A DNA stretch of 64,000 nt from a virus (lineage: Duplodnaviria > Heunggongvirae > Uroviricota > Caudoviricetes). Every line of letters starts with the position of its first letter. Position 1 is the stretch's first letter. The notes under the pieces are model-generated. The model had not been told where the DNA came from. It did not search any database and saw only the letters and a list, made by a program, of their open reading frames with translations. A program made the position numbers and the translations under genes. Where the stretch lies: IMG/VR virus record IMGVR_UViG_3300045988_154391. One strand, 5' to 3'. Of the stretch, positions 51,524 to 61,809 are shown one piece after another.

Positions 51524-52570
51524 TTAACCTATTGCTACTGGTTTTAACAAACCAGCATCAAGTAGCTTGCGAGTTAACCACTGCTGGCCTTTACCCGTTA
51601 ATTGGGGCGTCAGCCGTATCTGGTAGCCATTTTCATCATCCAGCACCACTTCTTTCACCGTGAAATATCCGGCGTTAATGTACTGCTGGCGCGGTACGTT
51701 TTTGCGCGCACCAAAAGCCATGAGAATGCCGTTCTGGCGCAACCATGAGAAAAGGGCGTTTTGCTTAAGTCCAACGACCTTTGCAAAGTTCCCGATCAGG
51801 ATTCCATTAGCCACTGATACCCGGTCGGCAAAATCGACTTTAGGGGCTGCGGCCACCAGCTGTTGTTCCAACTGCATTTTCTGTTCTGCCAACTCGGCAG
51901 CCAGGCGTAGAGCTTCTGGTAATGTTTGGGGGATCGATGGGGTAGGGGAGTTTGCCTGCTGCAATTCTTCCAGTTTGTCGATCAGCGAACGGCGGACCGC
52001 TTTCGATTCGCGAGCAGCAACGCGCAGGGCTTGTTTGTATGTCATTACTATAACTACCTGATCCGCTCCACCTTTTTTCTTATCCATAGGGGTTACGAAG
52101 ATTTCGTAACCCTCCCCATCAAGCTCATCCTTAACTCTGGCAATGAAATCATTGTTGCGAACTGGTTTTTCGCTACATAATTTCCGTGCCTCATTGACCA
52201 TCTTTAACAGTGTCAGGCTGTCGATTGTGTCTCCGGTGTTGGGGATAATATTCACGGCTGGTGCTGGCGTAGCTGACGTAACAGGTGCTGGTTTTTCAAC
52301 ATTCAAATTATTACCGGTCATTCTATGTGCCTCCTTTCTCATTTCTGCTGCCACTGTTGCGTAACGTAGACGTCCTTGTTCAATCAAATAATCCCTGATC
52401 TCGGCTATCAGTAGCCTGTTGATCACAGCCTTATCTGTTCGGGTATAAAAACGCCTGGTTATCATGAAATAGTTAGCAATTGCGCCGGGGATCTCCCGTG
52501 TCGGCATACAGGCAGTATGCAAAGCGATCGCTTCGGCTATTTCATTACGGGTGACGAGAGGTTTTTTCAT
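51524..52570 (-). CDS. ant: Antirepressor (Ant-like) with KilAC/ANT C-terminal domain
   Basis: 348 aa; N- and C-terminal thirds paralogous to ORF 722..1837, central third different; 4-nt overlap with the icd-like gene. Confidence 0.75.
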   Translation of the reverse strand: MKKPLVTRNEIAEAIALHTACMPTREIPGAIANYFMITRRFYTRTDKAVINRLLIAEIRDYLIEQGRLRYATVAAEMRKEAHRMTGNNLNVEKPAPVTSATPAPAVNIIPNTGDTIDSLTLLKMVNEARKLCSEKPVRNNDFIARVKDELDGEGYEIFVTPMDKKKGGADQVVIVMTYKQALRVAARESKAVRRSLIDKLEELQQANSPTPSIPQTLPEALRLAAELAEQKMQLEQQLVAAAPKVDFADRVSVANGILIGNFAKVVGLKQNALFSWLRQNGILMAFGARKNVPRQQYINAGYFTVKEVVLDDENGYQIRLTPQLTGKGQQWLTRKLLDAGLLKPVAIG

Positions 52571-52788
52571 AAAACCCCCTGAACGTCGGCAGAGAAGGGG
52601 AGGTTCCAGTAACTAAGTGAATTGCGCGAGTTAGTTGAAAAACGGGCAGTAAAAATGCAGGGGCCATCAGGCAATTGGGAGCGTGCTTCGTCTTCTGTTG
52701 CTGCGATAACGAAGTGATAGTGGTGTTTTTTACAGGAATAGAAACGCCAGATGAATTCTTGGCGTGCGCAAGGATTGGCATTAACCAT
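52567..52788 (-). CDS. icd: Icd-like small protein (73 aa)
   Basis: Paralogue of ORF 1834..2055; translationally coupled to ant. Confidence 0.55.
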   Translation of the reverse strand: MVNANPCARQEFIWRFYSCKKHHYHFVIAATEDEARSQLPDGPCIFTARFSTNSRNSLSYWNLPFSADVQGVL

Positions 52789-53118
52789 AGTTACGGCCTC
52801 GTAAGTTGATAAACAACCTGCGACCCGCTGTCAAACAGGTGGCAGGACGTGACAGGGTTGACAGACTGGCACTTACGAAACCAGCAGGCCGAAGCCTCCC
52901 CATCACGCCCCACCATAATTCGGGCGTAACGTGGTTTTACGGACACAAAAATACCGCAATATCGGAAATGTGCGGTTGTCCGCGTAAGTATTCAGGCTGT
53001 CAAACCTGGTCGCAGAATTTGCTGCGACGGCGGAACTATAAGCCTGAACGATTAAAAGGTCAATATGATGCGAAAAGATAGCATTCGTGACTTAAAAATA
53101 CAAATTTATTAGAGCATT

Positions 53119-53135
53119 GTTTGTTTAATAAATAC
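53119..53135. promoter_or_regulatory. C1-operator-like 17-mer (16/17) upstream of the icd-ant leader
   Basis: AAATTTATTAGAGCAtT. Confidence 0.5.
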
Positions 53136-53214
53136 ACAAATGGATCTAATAACCTCTTTTTTTTAAAGGCGAAAATATGTACCCTAAATGAGTTATAAGG
53201 CAGGTGAGGTTATA

Positions 53215-53862
53215 ATGAGAAAACTATTACTACCGTTATTATTTATGGCTGGGACTGTTAATGCAGCATCAAGCGTAAAGGAGATTTGTACCGATTATAC
53301 GAAATACCTTGGGCACGTTTACGGCTTTGCTGTCAGTCAAGACGAATCCATGCGCAAGAAGTTACTGTCAGATATGAAACGCCTTAAACTTTCTGAAGCG
53401 ATGGTGCAGCAAGAACTGTATAAAGTCGCAACCAACGAAAATGCTAAATATCAATATTCTCGCCTGTTAAATCCCGACGCAAACGAGATCAATCGAAGCT
53501 CTTTCGATTATATGGTAAAGGCATGCGAAACCGCTCCTGATTTTGCTATCCCTAGCTGGGGTGTGCTGGTGGCGAGCAATGCCGTTAATAAAGAAGACGT
53601 TGGAAGAAATGGCATTGATTCAATCAGAAACGCCCCGGGAATGCGCCATCAAAACGTGCAGGGTACGCTTGAAGAGCGGGCCAGGGGGCCGGGTACAAAC
53701 TCCCCAATGGGAAACCTCTCACCAGAGGAATTGCAAGAGTATAACCAACGGATGGAGCAGTATGAGAAAGCGGCACGCGAACAAATGGAACAACAAAAGA
53801 ACGGCTCACTTAATACCTTCCAGCAAGGTTTAAAAGCGCTTAATTTACCCTATGAATGGTAA
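53215..53862 (+). CDS. Secreted protein, possibly Sim-like superinfection exclusion
   Basis: ORF 53188..53862 trimmed to the Met of a signal peptide (MRKLLLPLLFMAGTVNAAS); low GC; shares VQGTLEERARG with Sit. Confidence 0.4.
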   Translation: MRKLLLPLLFMAGTVNAASSVKEICTDYTKYLGHVYGFAVSQDESMRKKLLSDMKRLKLSEAMVQQELYKVATNENAKYQYSRLLNPDANEINRSSFDYMVKACETAPDFAIPSWGVLVASNAVNKEDVGRNGIDSIRNAPGMRHQNVQGTLEERARGPGTNSPMGNLSPEELQEYNQRMEQYEKAAREQMEQQKNGSLNTFQQGLKALNLPYEW

Positions 53863-53923
53863 ATATATTATGGATAACCAATTAAAATATTGATAATCGT
53901 TAATATCCAAAGGAGATAAATTA

Positions 53924-54400
53924 ATGCGCATCAAACGATTTTTTCTAATTCTTGCTTTGCTTACTCCATTTTCATCAATGGCAAATGTAAGCAAATGGTC
54001 AACCGGCGAGACTCATGGTGTTCGTTCTTATGCTGTTTCCAGCAAAGATAATTATACGCTTACATTTGAGTGCGATGTTGGATTTAATAATACGGATCCC
54101 AATCAAGTAGGAACACGACTACTCACTCTCATGAAAACAGAACCTGGCGGTGAGTCATTTGATGCTAAAAAAGAACAAATAACGCTGAAAGTTGGTGATG
54201 ATGAATATCCTATCAGTTCTATCGGTTCCTCTGTGGGTGATAGTTACTGGTATGGTTTTTGGTCAGATACCCCTGATATGGAAGTTAAAACATTCGATGC
54301 ATACGTAGACGGAAAAAAAATCGCAACATTTACGCTATGTAAGGCCGCAGAGCTTTTCAACGCGGCACCTGAAGATGGCTGCCTGAAGCGCGCAAAATGA
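53924..54400 (+). CDS. Secreted protein of unknown function
   Basis: 158 aa; signal peptide MRIKRFFLILALLTPFSSMANV; low GC. Confidence 0.4.
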   Translation: MRIKRFFLILALLTPFSSMANVSKWSTGETHGVRSYAVSSKDNYTLTFECDVGFNNTDPNQVGTRLLTLMKTEPGGESFDAKKEQITLKVGDDEYPISSIGSSVGDSYWYGFWSDTPDMEVKTFDAYVDGKKIATFTLCKAAELFNAAPEDGCLKRAK

Positions 54401-54434
54401 CCTGTCACAAATGACTACTCGTAGAATCGGTTAA

Positions 54435-55025
<591 letters not shown>

Positions 55026-55035
55026 GGGGGCTGAT

Positions 55036-55647
55036 ATGGGGCTTAATGTTGCTTCAGTAAAGTCTTATGTATCTTCGGCATTAACGACGACATTATTTGG
55101 CTCCGGCGTTGGTGAGCGGGAAGTTGGTAAGCTGACGTCAATCATCATGAACAAAATGCTGTTCGCGCAAGGATGGCAGTTCTCTGTCGAAGTTGATGGT
55201 CTGGAGGGGGCAGACTTCTTTGCTAAAGACATTACCTACCACGATTACAGCATCGAATATGAAACGATTAAAATCGGCGGAGGGAATATCCTTCAACCAA
55301 CGGAGCGTTCGCCAGGGCAGATAACAATGATGGTCAGGGATACCGTTGATGGCCTCGTTTTGGACTGGTTTAAGACGGCAAAAAGTCGGGTGATTAATCC
55401 AGACGGTACCGGGAATATACCGTCTAAATATTTGCTCAATGTGCGTATTTATCGGTTGCTGTCTTCCGGCTTAACCAAACTGGAAAATGAGATGACTGTA
55501 TTCCCGGTCACTACCGGCGATGTCACCTATGCGCGGGATCAGGTTACGGAATTTAAGTCATTCCCAATGACCTTCGCATTGCACAGCACGTTTAACCAAT
55601 CCTCAAGTTCTTTGGCTTCCCTTCTGGGCTTTAGTTTTTCTCTTTGA
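55036..55647 (+). CDS. Putative tail tube protein
   Basis: 203 aa; position two genes upstream of sit; call is from size and synteny only. Confidence 0.35.
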   Translation: MGLNVASVKSYVSSALTTTLFGSGVGEREVGKLTSIIMNKMLFAQGWQFSVEVDGLEGADFFAKDITYHDYSIEYETIKIGGGNILQPTERSPGQITMMVRDTVDGLVLDWFKTAKSRVINPDGTGNIPSKYLLNVRIYRLLSSGLTKLENEMTVFPVTTGDVTYARDQVTEFKSFPMTFALHSTFNQSSSSLASLLGFSFSL

Positions 55648-55661
55648 ATTAAGGAGCAAGG

Positions 55662-56543
55662 ATGCTTTTACCCCTTTTCCCGCTACCATCGCGGCCAACT
55701 GAATTGATCCAGTTCCGTCAGCCAAATATTGCTGATGCGATGCGTTTCAACTCGATAACACCGGAGGAACAAGAACAACAGACAACGGCGTATTTAAAAG
55801 CCTTGCTGGCTGAACCCGCGAAACATGATCCCCTGACATGGACGGCGCAGGACCGGATTACCGCGTTATGGTGGATATTTACCGGCTCCCGTGAAACACC
55901 GGTCGAGACATTCACCTACACCTGTAAACATTGCGGTAAAGAGCATTATTACGATTGCGATATGAATGCTCTGGCTGAAGATATCCAGGTCCTGGAAGTG
56001 GAACCTTTCATTGACGATATTGAGGTGTCTGTAGAGGGAGTGCCTTATCAATGGCGTATCGTGCCGCTTGATGGTTGGGCAATGGAAATGCTGGAGATGC
56101 GCCGTGCAGCATTGCCACCTGAAGACGACGCGGAATTCAAAGAAGCGATCGTTGATTTGCGTTTTTGGGAATTCGCTTATCAGTGTGAGCTTTATAACGA
56201 TGTTAGTGGTACTCGTGAAGATCAGGCTGAGCGTCGTTATGAAACGATTAAACGGATGGCCATTGATACTGAATTTATGAAGCTGGCGGCACACATCCGA
56301 CTGGCTCATGAAAAGCTCGAACATGGTTTACCGTGCTACATCGATAAAGGTGAAATGCGTCTTCGTCTCCCGCCGCATAAATGCCCAAACCAGGATAAAA
56401 AGGAGTCCACAGAGGGTGCGTTTACCCGTCTGTGGGTGCCCTTTCGGGCTACCGACTTCATTCCACAGGTGGGGATTGAAAAGCTATCAGACCTTAGTGT
56501 CCAACCTGGTTTTGTATGGGGGTATACCGATTCAGGACGCTGA
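55662..56543 (+). CDS. Hypothetical tail assembly protein
   Basis: 293-aa ORF immediately upstream of sit. Confidence 0.4.
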   Translation: MLLPLFPLPSRPTELIQFRQPNIADAMRFNSITPEEQEQQTTAYLKALLAEPAKHDPLTWTAQDRITALWWIFTGSRETPVETFTYTCKHCGKEHYYDCDMNALAEDIQVLEVEPFIDDIEVSVEGVPYQWRIVPLDGWAMEMLEMRRAALPPEDDAEFKEAIVDLRFWEFAYQCELYNDVSGTREDQAERRYETIKRMAIDTEFMKLAAHIRLAHEKLEHGLPCYIDKGEMRLRLPPHKCPNQDKKESTEGAFTRLWVPFRATDFIPQVGIEKLSDLSVQPGFVWGYTDSGR

Positions 56544-56624
56544 AAGGCTTACTGAATCCTATGCGTTTTTCCTGTTGGAGAAACTGGAAGAAAAACTTAA
56601 ACCGAAACGGTAGGCGATAAGATC

Positions 56625-59600
56625 ATGGAAAGAAAAAACGCCAACATTGACGATGTTATAAGGACAGTTGAAACCGCCAGCGCAAAAGAGCTGGAAGAGC
56701 TTGCAGGTATCCGGGAAGCTGTTGAAGATTTGAAAGGGGGACGCGTTGCAACTGTTGATCCTGTCTCTCGCAGTGTGTCGGCATTAAATCGCACAATCGA
56801 AAATTCCCGGCCAGACTTTGTGGCCAATGCGCCATCAGTGGACCCTATTGTTGAGGCAATGAAACGGCTTAATTTAGGGGACGTTCCTCGTGTAGTTCAG
56901 GAGGATGTTGCTCTACAGGAACCGCAGGCCAAATCAACTACGCGAAAGGGTAAAAAACGAGGCAGGAAGGCTATAACAGAAGATGTAAAGGCGCAACGGA
57001 CCGAAGCAGCCGAACACGCCCGCGAAATGTTCGGTCAAAAAGGCGGTACGCAAAAAAGCCAAAACCAACGCGATGCGCGTGGTCGTTTTATTGGAAAGTC
57101 AGGGAGTAAGGCCGCAGCGGAAGATGCCCGTGCTGAACGCGCTGAAAAGACCAGGCGCAAAGAGGATGATGAGCGTCTAAATGCTGAATCAGGTTTATTA
57201 AAAAAACTGTCAAAAGTAGCTGAAGGTATAGGTAACCCTTCAGAGACTCGTGCCGTCGATGCTTTAGGTTATGCCGTTGCTGGCCCATTGTGGGCAGCGG
57301 GGAAAGAGCTTGGCGGGATATCAAAAGAAGTTGGCGGATCGCTTAATGGTGCCAGAAAGTCTATTGCCGATGTGATTCGTGGCAATGACGATAACAGCCG
57401 TAAAAAAGGTTTTTTTAGGCGTAAATCGCAAAGTAGTGCCGATGTCGTTCAGGTTAACACCCAAAAACGGACGATTCAGGAACTTCAGGATCAGACCAGC
57501 GAAATTAAAGAGGGCAATGACAAGATTCTCAGCGCCCTTGATCAGATAGCCAAAAACACCGGGAAAAAGAAGGGCGGCTTGCTGTCCAAATTATTTAGCC
57601 TGTTAGGGAAGGGGGCCGGTGGTATTGCTTCCCTCATTTTTGGCCGTGGGGCACTAAAGAAAGTTGGCTCGATGGCACTAGGCGCTTTAGGTATAAAAAA
57701 AGTTGCAAGCTTATTGGGCTTTGGTGGGAAAAAGGCTGCTGCCAAAGAAGCTGGCGAATTGGCTACTCGCGGTGCCGGAAAACTTGCAACTAAGGGATTG
57801 GGGAAACTAGGTGTTAAGGCACTTGCAAAGGGGGTTTTACGCGCAATTCCCCTAGTCGGCACAGTGGCTGGAGGTATTTATGATGCGGTAACCGGTTGGA
57901 ATGATACAGAAGCGCAACGTCGAGCGTTTGGGCTTAAATCAGGACAAGATCCATCATTCCAGCAAAAAGCCGCTTATACGTTAGCCAATGTTCTTGATAT
58001 GGGGGGACTGGTATCTGGTATTAGCAGCGCCATTGGTGAGGTTCTCAAATCACTTGGATTTGAGGATATCGGCAATATGTTGCAATCATTTTCGACGGAA
58101 AGTATTGCTCAGGCCATTGATAGTGGGATTACCAACTTAGAAACATATATTTCTAACCTTGGTGACACCATATCCACAACATTCAACGATTACACAGCCA
58201 AGATTGGCGATGCTATTTCAGCCTGGTTCAGTGACACAACCAAGAGTCTGAACGAAAAATTAGACGCCATCAAAGACTTCTTTACTGTCGATAACCTGAA
58301 ACAGGTTTTCAGTGATGCAATTGATAGTGCAATTGATTTCATTAAGAACCCAGGGAAATACATTAAAGAAGCTGGCAGTAATCTATGGAGTGCCGCAAAA
58401 GAGCTTTCAGGTGAGGTTGCAGATGCCGCTGTTCAGAGCACCCCAGTGGCCTGGGTTGCATCAAAGCTAGTCAATAAAGCGGATGCGAAAGAGGTTACAC
58501 CTGAATTAAAAACACCTGCTAAAGAACGTCAGGAGGACAATGCTCCTAAGACTGAATATACCTCTAAAAAGGCTAATATTGTCACTCGTGTTGTAAATGC
58601 ATCCCTAGATACGGCGAAAGATAGCAATAAAACAGTTAAAGAAACTGCCAATCAGATAATCAATGCAAATGCCGTAGAAACGGGCAATAGCGCGTTGCAG
58701 AAAATTGATAAAGCTATTGGTCAAAATAGCTCGTCATCATCGTCGCTTAATACCACTGGCACCAGGAATGACATTCAGAAAGCTGCGGATACCTACAACA
58801 ATGGCAACTTGGATGTAAAAGTCGGAAGTCTTGGCGCTGAAGGTAAGGCAAATCTCGATAAGTTGGCTCCGTATTTTGCCGAACTAGAGAATAAATACGG
58901 TCTTCCAGAAGGCACTCTTTACGCGATTGCTGCAACTGAATCTGGTGGTAATCCGTATGCAAAATCCCAAACCGGTGCTCTGGGGATGTTTCAGTTCACG
59001 GGGATTGCTCGTGAAGAGACTGGCTTAGCTGAAGGTGAATCGTTTGATCCTGTGAAATCGGCAGAAGCTGCGGCTCTTCTCATGAGCAAATATCTGAAGC
59101 AAGCCAATGGAGACTTAAACGAGGCCATCACTGCATATAATGCTGGGTTTGGCACTATCAATAAGTGGAAAAAAGGCACAGGTGACTTATCGAAAGAAAA
59201 CCGTGAGTACGCGATCAAGGTCAATACTCATCGTGCTCGCTATTTAGGTGGTGAAATCTATACACCTGGAGCAGGAGCACAGGGTGGGGCGCAATATGGA
59301 GTGAGGGGACCACTGCCTGATAACGCTGTTATCGATCAGTCTACTGGCCTGGCGTTTACCCCTGGTGATAGCCCGTTTGAGAAAGGCGGTCTGGTAGACA
59401 AAATTGGCAATGCTGTTGGCGTTAACGATCTGGTCAACAAATTCATGAATGGCCGGGGTATGCGTCGGGAAGTCGTTCAGGGAACGCTCGAAGAACGTGC
59501 ACGAGGGAAGGGGACCGCAACAGCAGCTGGCAATGTGTATGTTGATACTCCGATGCCAGTTGAAGAGGCGCGTCCGGTGGCCAGCAACTCAAGTTACTTT

Positions 59601-60023
59601 GACCAACTCGGCGCACAAATGGGGATTGATGGACTATTTGATAAACTCCGCAACTCGCCGGGGATGCGGAAAAATAATGCGCCTGAACCAGCCTCCACGT
59701 CCCAGGTGACGACTGCCGCCAACGATTTGCAGCAACCAACCGGTCGTATGCAGATAGACGGACAGGTTATTAGTGACCTTGGCGGCTCCGGTGCCAAGCC
59801 GACAATGCAGTTGGCTGATAATACCGTTTCACTTGATGGTGAAACGAAGCGGCTGTTTGCGCAGATGACCTCATTGCTTGCCAGGATTGAAGAGCACACT
59901 AAAGACTCGGCGAAAGGCCAGGGAACTGTCGTAAAGGTCAGCACGCCTCAACCGGGCGTTATGCGCACGGTGCCACTGTCAATTGATGATCCGTTGATGA
60001 ATGACTACGCGAGAGTTGATTGA
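56625..60023 (+). CDS. sit: Tape-measure-like protein with lytic transglycosylase (SLT) domain
   Basis: 1132 aa; Gly-rich hydrophobic central segment; SLT motifs AIAATESGGNPYA...GALGMFQF...AYNAG. Confidence 0.8.
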   Translation: MERKNANIDDVIRTVETASAKELEELAGIREAVEDLKGGRVATVDPVSRSVSALNRTIENSRPDFVANAPSVDPIVEAMKRLNLGDVPRVVQEDVALQEPQAKSTTRKGKKRGRKAITEDVKAQRTEAAEHAREMFGQKGGTQKSQNQRDARGRFIGKSGSKAAAEDARAERAEKTRRKEDDERLNAESGLLKKLSKVAEGIGNPSETRAVDALGYAVAGPLWAAGKELGGISKEVGGSLNGARKSIADVIRGNDDNSRKKGFFRRKSQSSADVVQVNTQKRTIQELQDQTSEIKEGNDKILSALDQIAKNTGKKKGGLLSKLFSLLGKGAGGIASLIFGRGALKKVGSMALGALGIKKVASLLGFGGKKAAAKEAGELATRGAGKLATKGLGKLGVKALAKGVLRAIPLVGTVAGGIYDAVTGWNDTEAQRRAFGLKSGQDPSFQQKAAYTLANVLDMGGLVSGISSAIGEVLKSLGFEDIGNMLQSFSTESIAQAIDSGITNLETYISNLGDTISTTFNDYTAKIGDAISAWFSDTTKSLNEKLDAIKDFFTVDNLKQVFSDAIDSAIDFIKNPGKYIKEAGSNLWSAAKELSGEVADAAVQSTPVAWVASKLVNKADAKEVTPELKTPAKERQEDNAPKTEYTSKKANIVTRVVNASLDTAKDSNKTVKETANQIINANAVETGNSALQKIDKAIGQNSSSSSSLNTTGTRNDIQKAADTYNNGNLDVKVGSLGAEGKANLDKLAPYFAELENKYGLPEGTLYAIAATESGGNPYAKSQTGALGMFQFTGIAREETGLAEGESFDPVKSAEAAALLMSKYLKQANGDLNEAITAYNAGFGTINKWKKGTGDLSKENREYAIKVNTHRARYLGGEIYTPGAGAQGGAQYGVRGPLPDNAVIDQSTGLAFTPGDSPFEKGGLVDKIGNAVGVNDLVNKFMNGRGMRREVVQGTLEERARGKGTATAAGNVYVDTPMPVEEARPVASNSSYFDQLGAQMGIDGLFDKLRNSPGMRKNNAPEPASTSQVTTAANDLQQPTGRMQIDGQVISDLGGSGAKPTMQLADNTVSLDGETKRLFAQMTSLLARIEEHTKDSAKGQGTVVKVSTPQPGVMRTVPLSIDDPLMNDYARVD

Positions 60024-60379
60024 TGGCCAACAATAATGAAATTGATCCTTTACTGACGCTGGAGTTATCCGGCGTAAAAACGTATGAGTCCCAGGAGGAG
60101 GCCTGGGGCGCTCGTTTATATGAGTGGCTAAACACTTATCAGGGTGAGGTATACGGAGATCCGTCATGGGGCAATGTTTTACCGCAGTTTAAACACGAAC
60201 CGACCAACTTGTCGCATGTTCAAATTGCGGTTGAGGCAATGCTTTTGCAAAAACTGACGGTAGATTTACCCGACATACCGATTTCTGGCTTGTCAGTAGC
60301 CGAGGGAGATGCTTTTGATAAGTTGAAAATATCCATTCGTATCAGGGATATAACTATCACACAGGACGTGGTGCTATGA
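60020..60379 (+). CDS. Small tail/baseplate protein
   Basis: 119 aa; overlaps sit and the next gene by 4 nt each. Confidence 0.45.
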   Translation: MMANNNEIDPLLTLELSGVKTYESQEEAWGARLYEWLNTYQGEVYGDPSWGNVLPQFKHEPTNLSHVQIAVEAMLLQKLTVDLPDIPISGLSVAEGDAFDKLKISIRIRDITITQDVVL

Positions 60380-61809
60380 GTAAAACAACACCGACTAAAG
60401 ACAGTATTCGTGCAGAGTTTGAAGAGCTTGTCGAGAAAGATTCATTCTGGTCGAAGTTTGTCGGCTCTCAATTTGTCTCGATGCTGACATTGTTTATTAC
60501 CCAGATTGTCTACAGGTGCTTTCAGTATGCCGATGCGGCGCTGGCTGAAGGCTTTATATCGACCGCGACGCGGCGTTCCTCTATCCTGGCAGCAGCAGAA
60601 ACGAATAGTTACGTTGGTACCAAGCCAACACCGTCATCGGGGATGATTGAGATCACCGCCACAAGTGAAGATGCCCCAGCGGTAATCCCCAAAAATATGC
60701 CTTTAATATCTGACGACCAGTACCCTTACATGACTATGGATGTATGCAGGTTGGTTGACGGCACCGGTACGGTAGAAGTGGCACAGTTGGAAATCCAGGA
60801 GGTGACATATACCGTTACGGCAGCCAAAGAATTTCTGGAAGTCGTGTTATCAAAGGCTCTCACTGCTGTCTGCTATAAGCTGGAAGTATTCGTGACGACC
60901 GATGGTAAGACCACGCAGTGGTCTTCCAGCACTATGTTCCGGTTAGCCGGTAGTAAAAGCCAGGTCTACGTTGAGTTTTATAAGCCATCCGAGCAGTTGG
61001 GGGTTCGATTCGGTGATGGGCTAATTGGGCAAATACCGCCAGAAGGCTCGACCATTACACTTAAGGTATGGTGCACCAACGGAGATATAACCCTGGTTGC
61101 TGGCCAAAACCTGACGCCTGTCGATTCTGCGGCTAATTTAGCTAATTTGATTTCAGTTAAGACAACGACACCCATAACCGCAGGTACCGATGCCGAAACA
61201 ACGGAGATCACACGTAATCGTGCACAATATTACCTTGCCTATGATGATCAGGTCGTATGGGGCGGGGACTATACGTATTTTTTGGTGCGTAACATCCCGG
61301 GACTGTCCTGGGTAAAGGCATGGGGCGAAGGCCAGCAAGAGAAATTAGATGGTGCTTATAATGTTCGGAATATCAATAAGATATTTATTTCAGGATGGCA
61401 TCCAAACAAAAGCCAGTCAGAGCTTGAAGAAATGATCCTGGCTGCCTTTAAGAAGGTGCCGAATGAGTTGAACAAGAAATTCTCGTATAAAGAGGTCAGA
61501 AAACTCCCCTTTAAGATCACTATCACTGGGCGGATATCGGCAAGCCTGACCATTGAGAACGTGACTGATGAGCTGAAGTCGGCACTGGAAACAAAATTTG
61601 GGCGTGACTCAACTTTCTTTGATCCGAACCGTGTCGGCAAGTACATCCTAATCAAGAAAAAAGACGTTTGGGCATTTATCGAAACGCTGGGTTATTTCCG
61701 CGACTTTTATCTGGAATTTGTCGAGTGGAATGAGTCCAACGGCTTTTACGATTTCGTTTATCTGGATACAGAAAACTCCACCTTTAATATTTCGTATGAG
61801 GAGGAGTGA
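60376..61809 (+). CDS. Baseplate protein (BplA-like)
   Basis: 477 aa in the position of P1 bplA. Confidence 0.5.
   Translation: MSKTTPTKDSIRAEFEELVEKDSFWSKFVGSQFVSMLTLFITQIVYRCFQYADAALAEGFISTATRRSSILAAAETNSYVGTKPTPSSGMIEITATSEDAPAVIPKNMPLISDDQYPYMTMDVCRLVDGTGTVEVAQLEIQEVTYTVTAAKEFLEVVLSKALTAVCYKLEVFVTTDGKTTQWSSSTMFRLAGSKSQVYVEFYKPSEQLGVRFGDGLIGQIPPEGSTITLKVWCTNGDITLVAGQNLTPVDSAANLANLISVKTTTPITAGTDAETTEITRNRAQYYLAYDDQVVWGGDYTYFLVRNIPGLSWVKAWGEGQQEKLDGAYNVRNINKIFISGWHPNKSQSELEEMILAAFKKVPNELNKKFSYKEVRKLPFKITITGRISASLTIENVTDELKSALETKFGRDSTFFDPNRVGKYILIKKKDVWAFIETLGYFRDFYLEFVEWNESNGFYDFVYLDTENSTFNISYEEE

Noticed and set aside
57542-57862. 106-aa Pro/Ala-rich ORF antisense within sit
   Set aside because: Mirror image of the Gly/Lys/Ala-rich tape-measure segment; compositional artefact.
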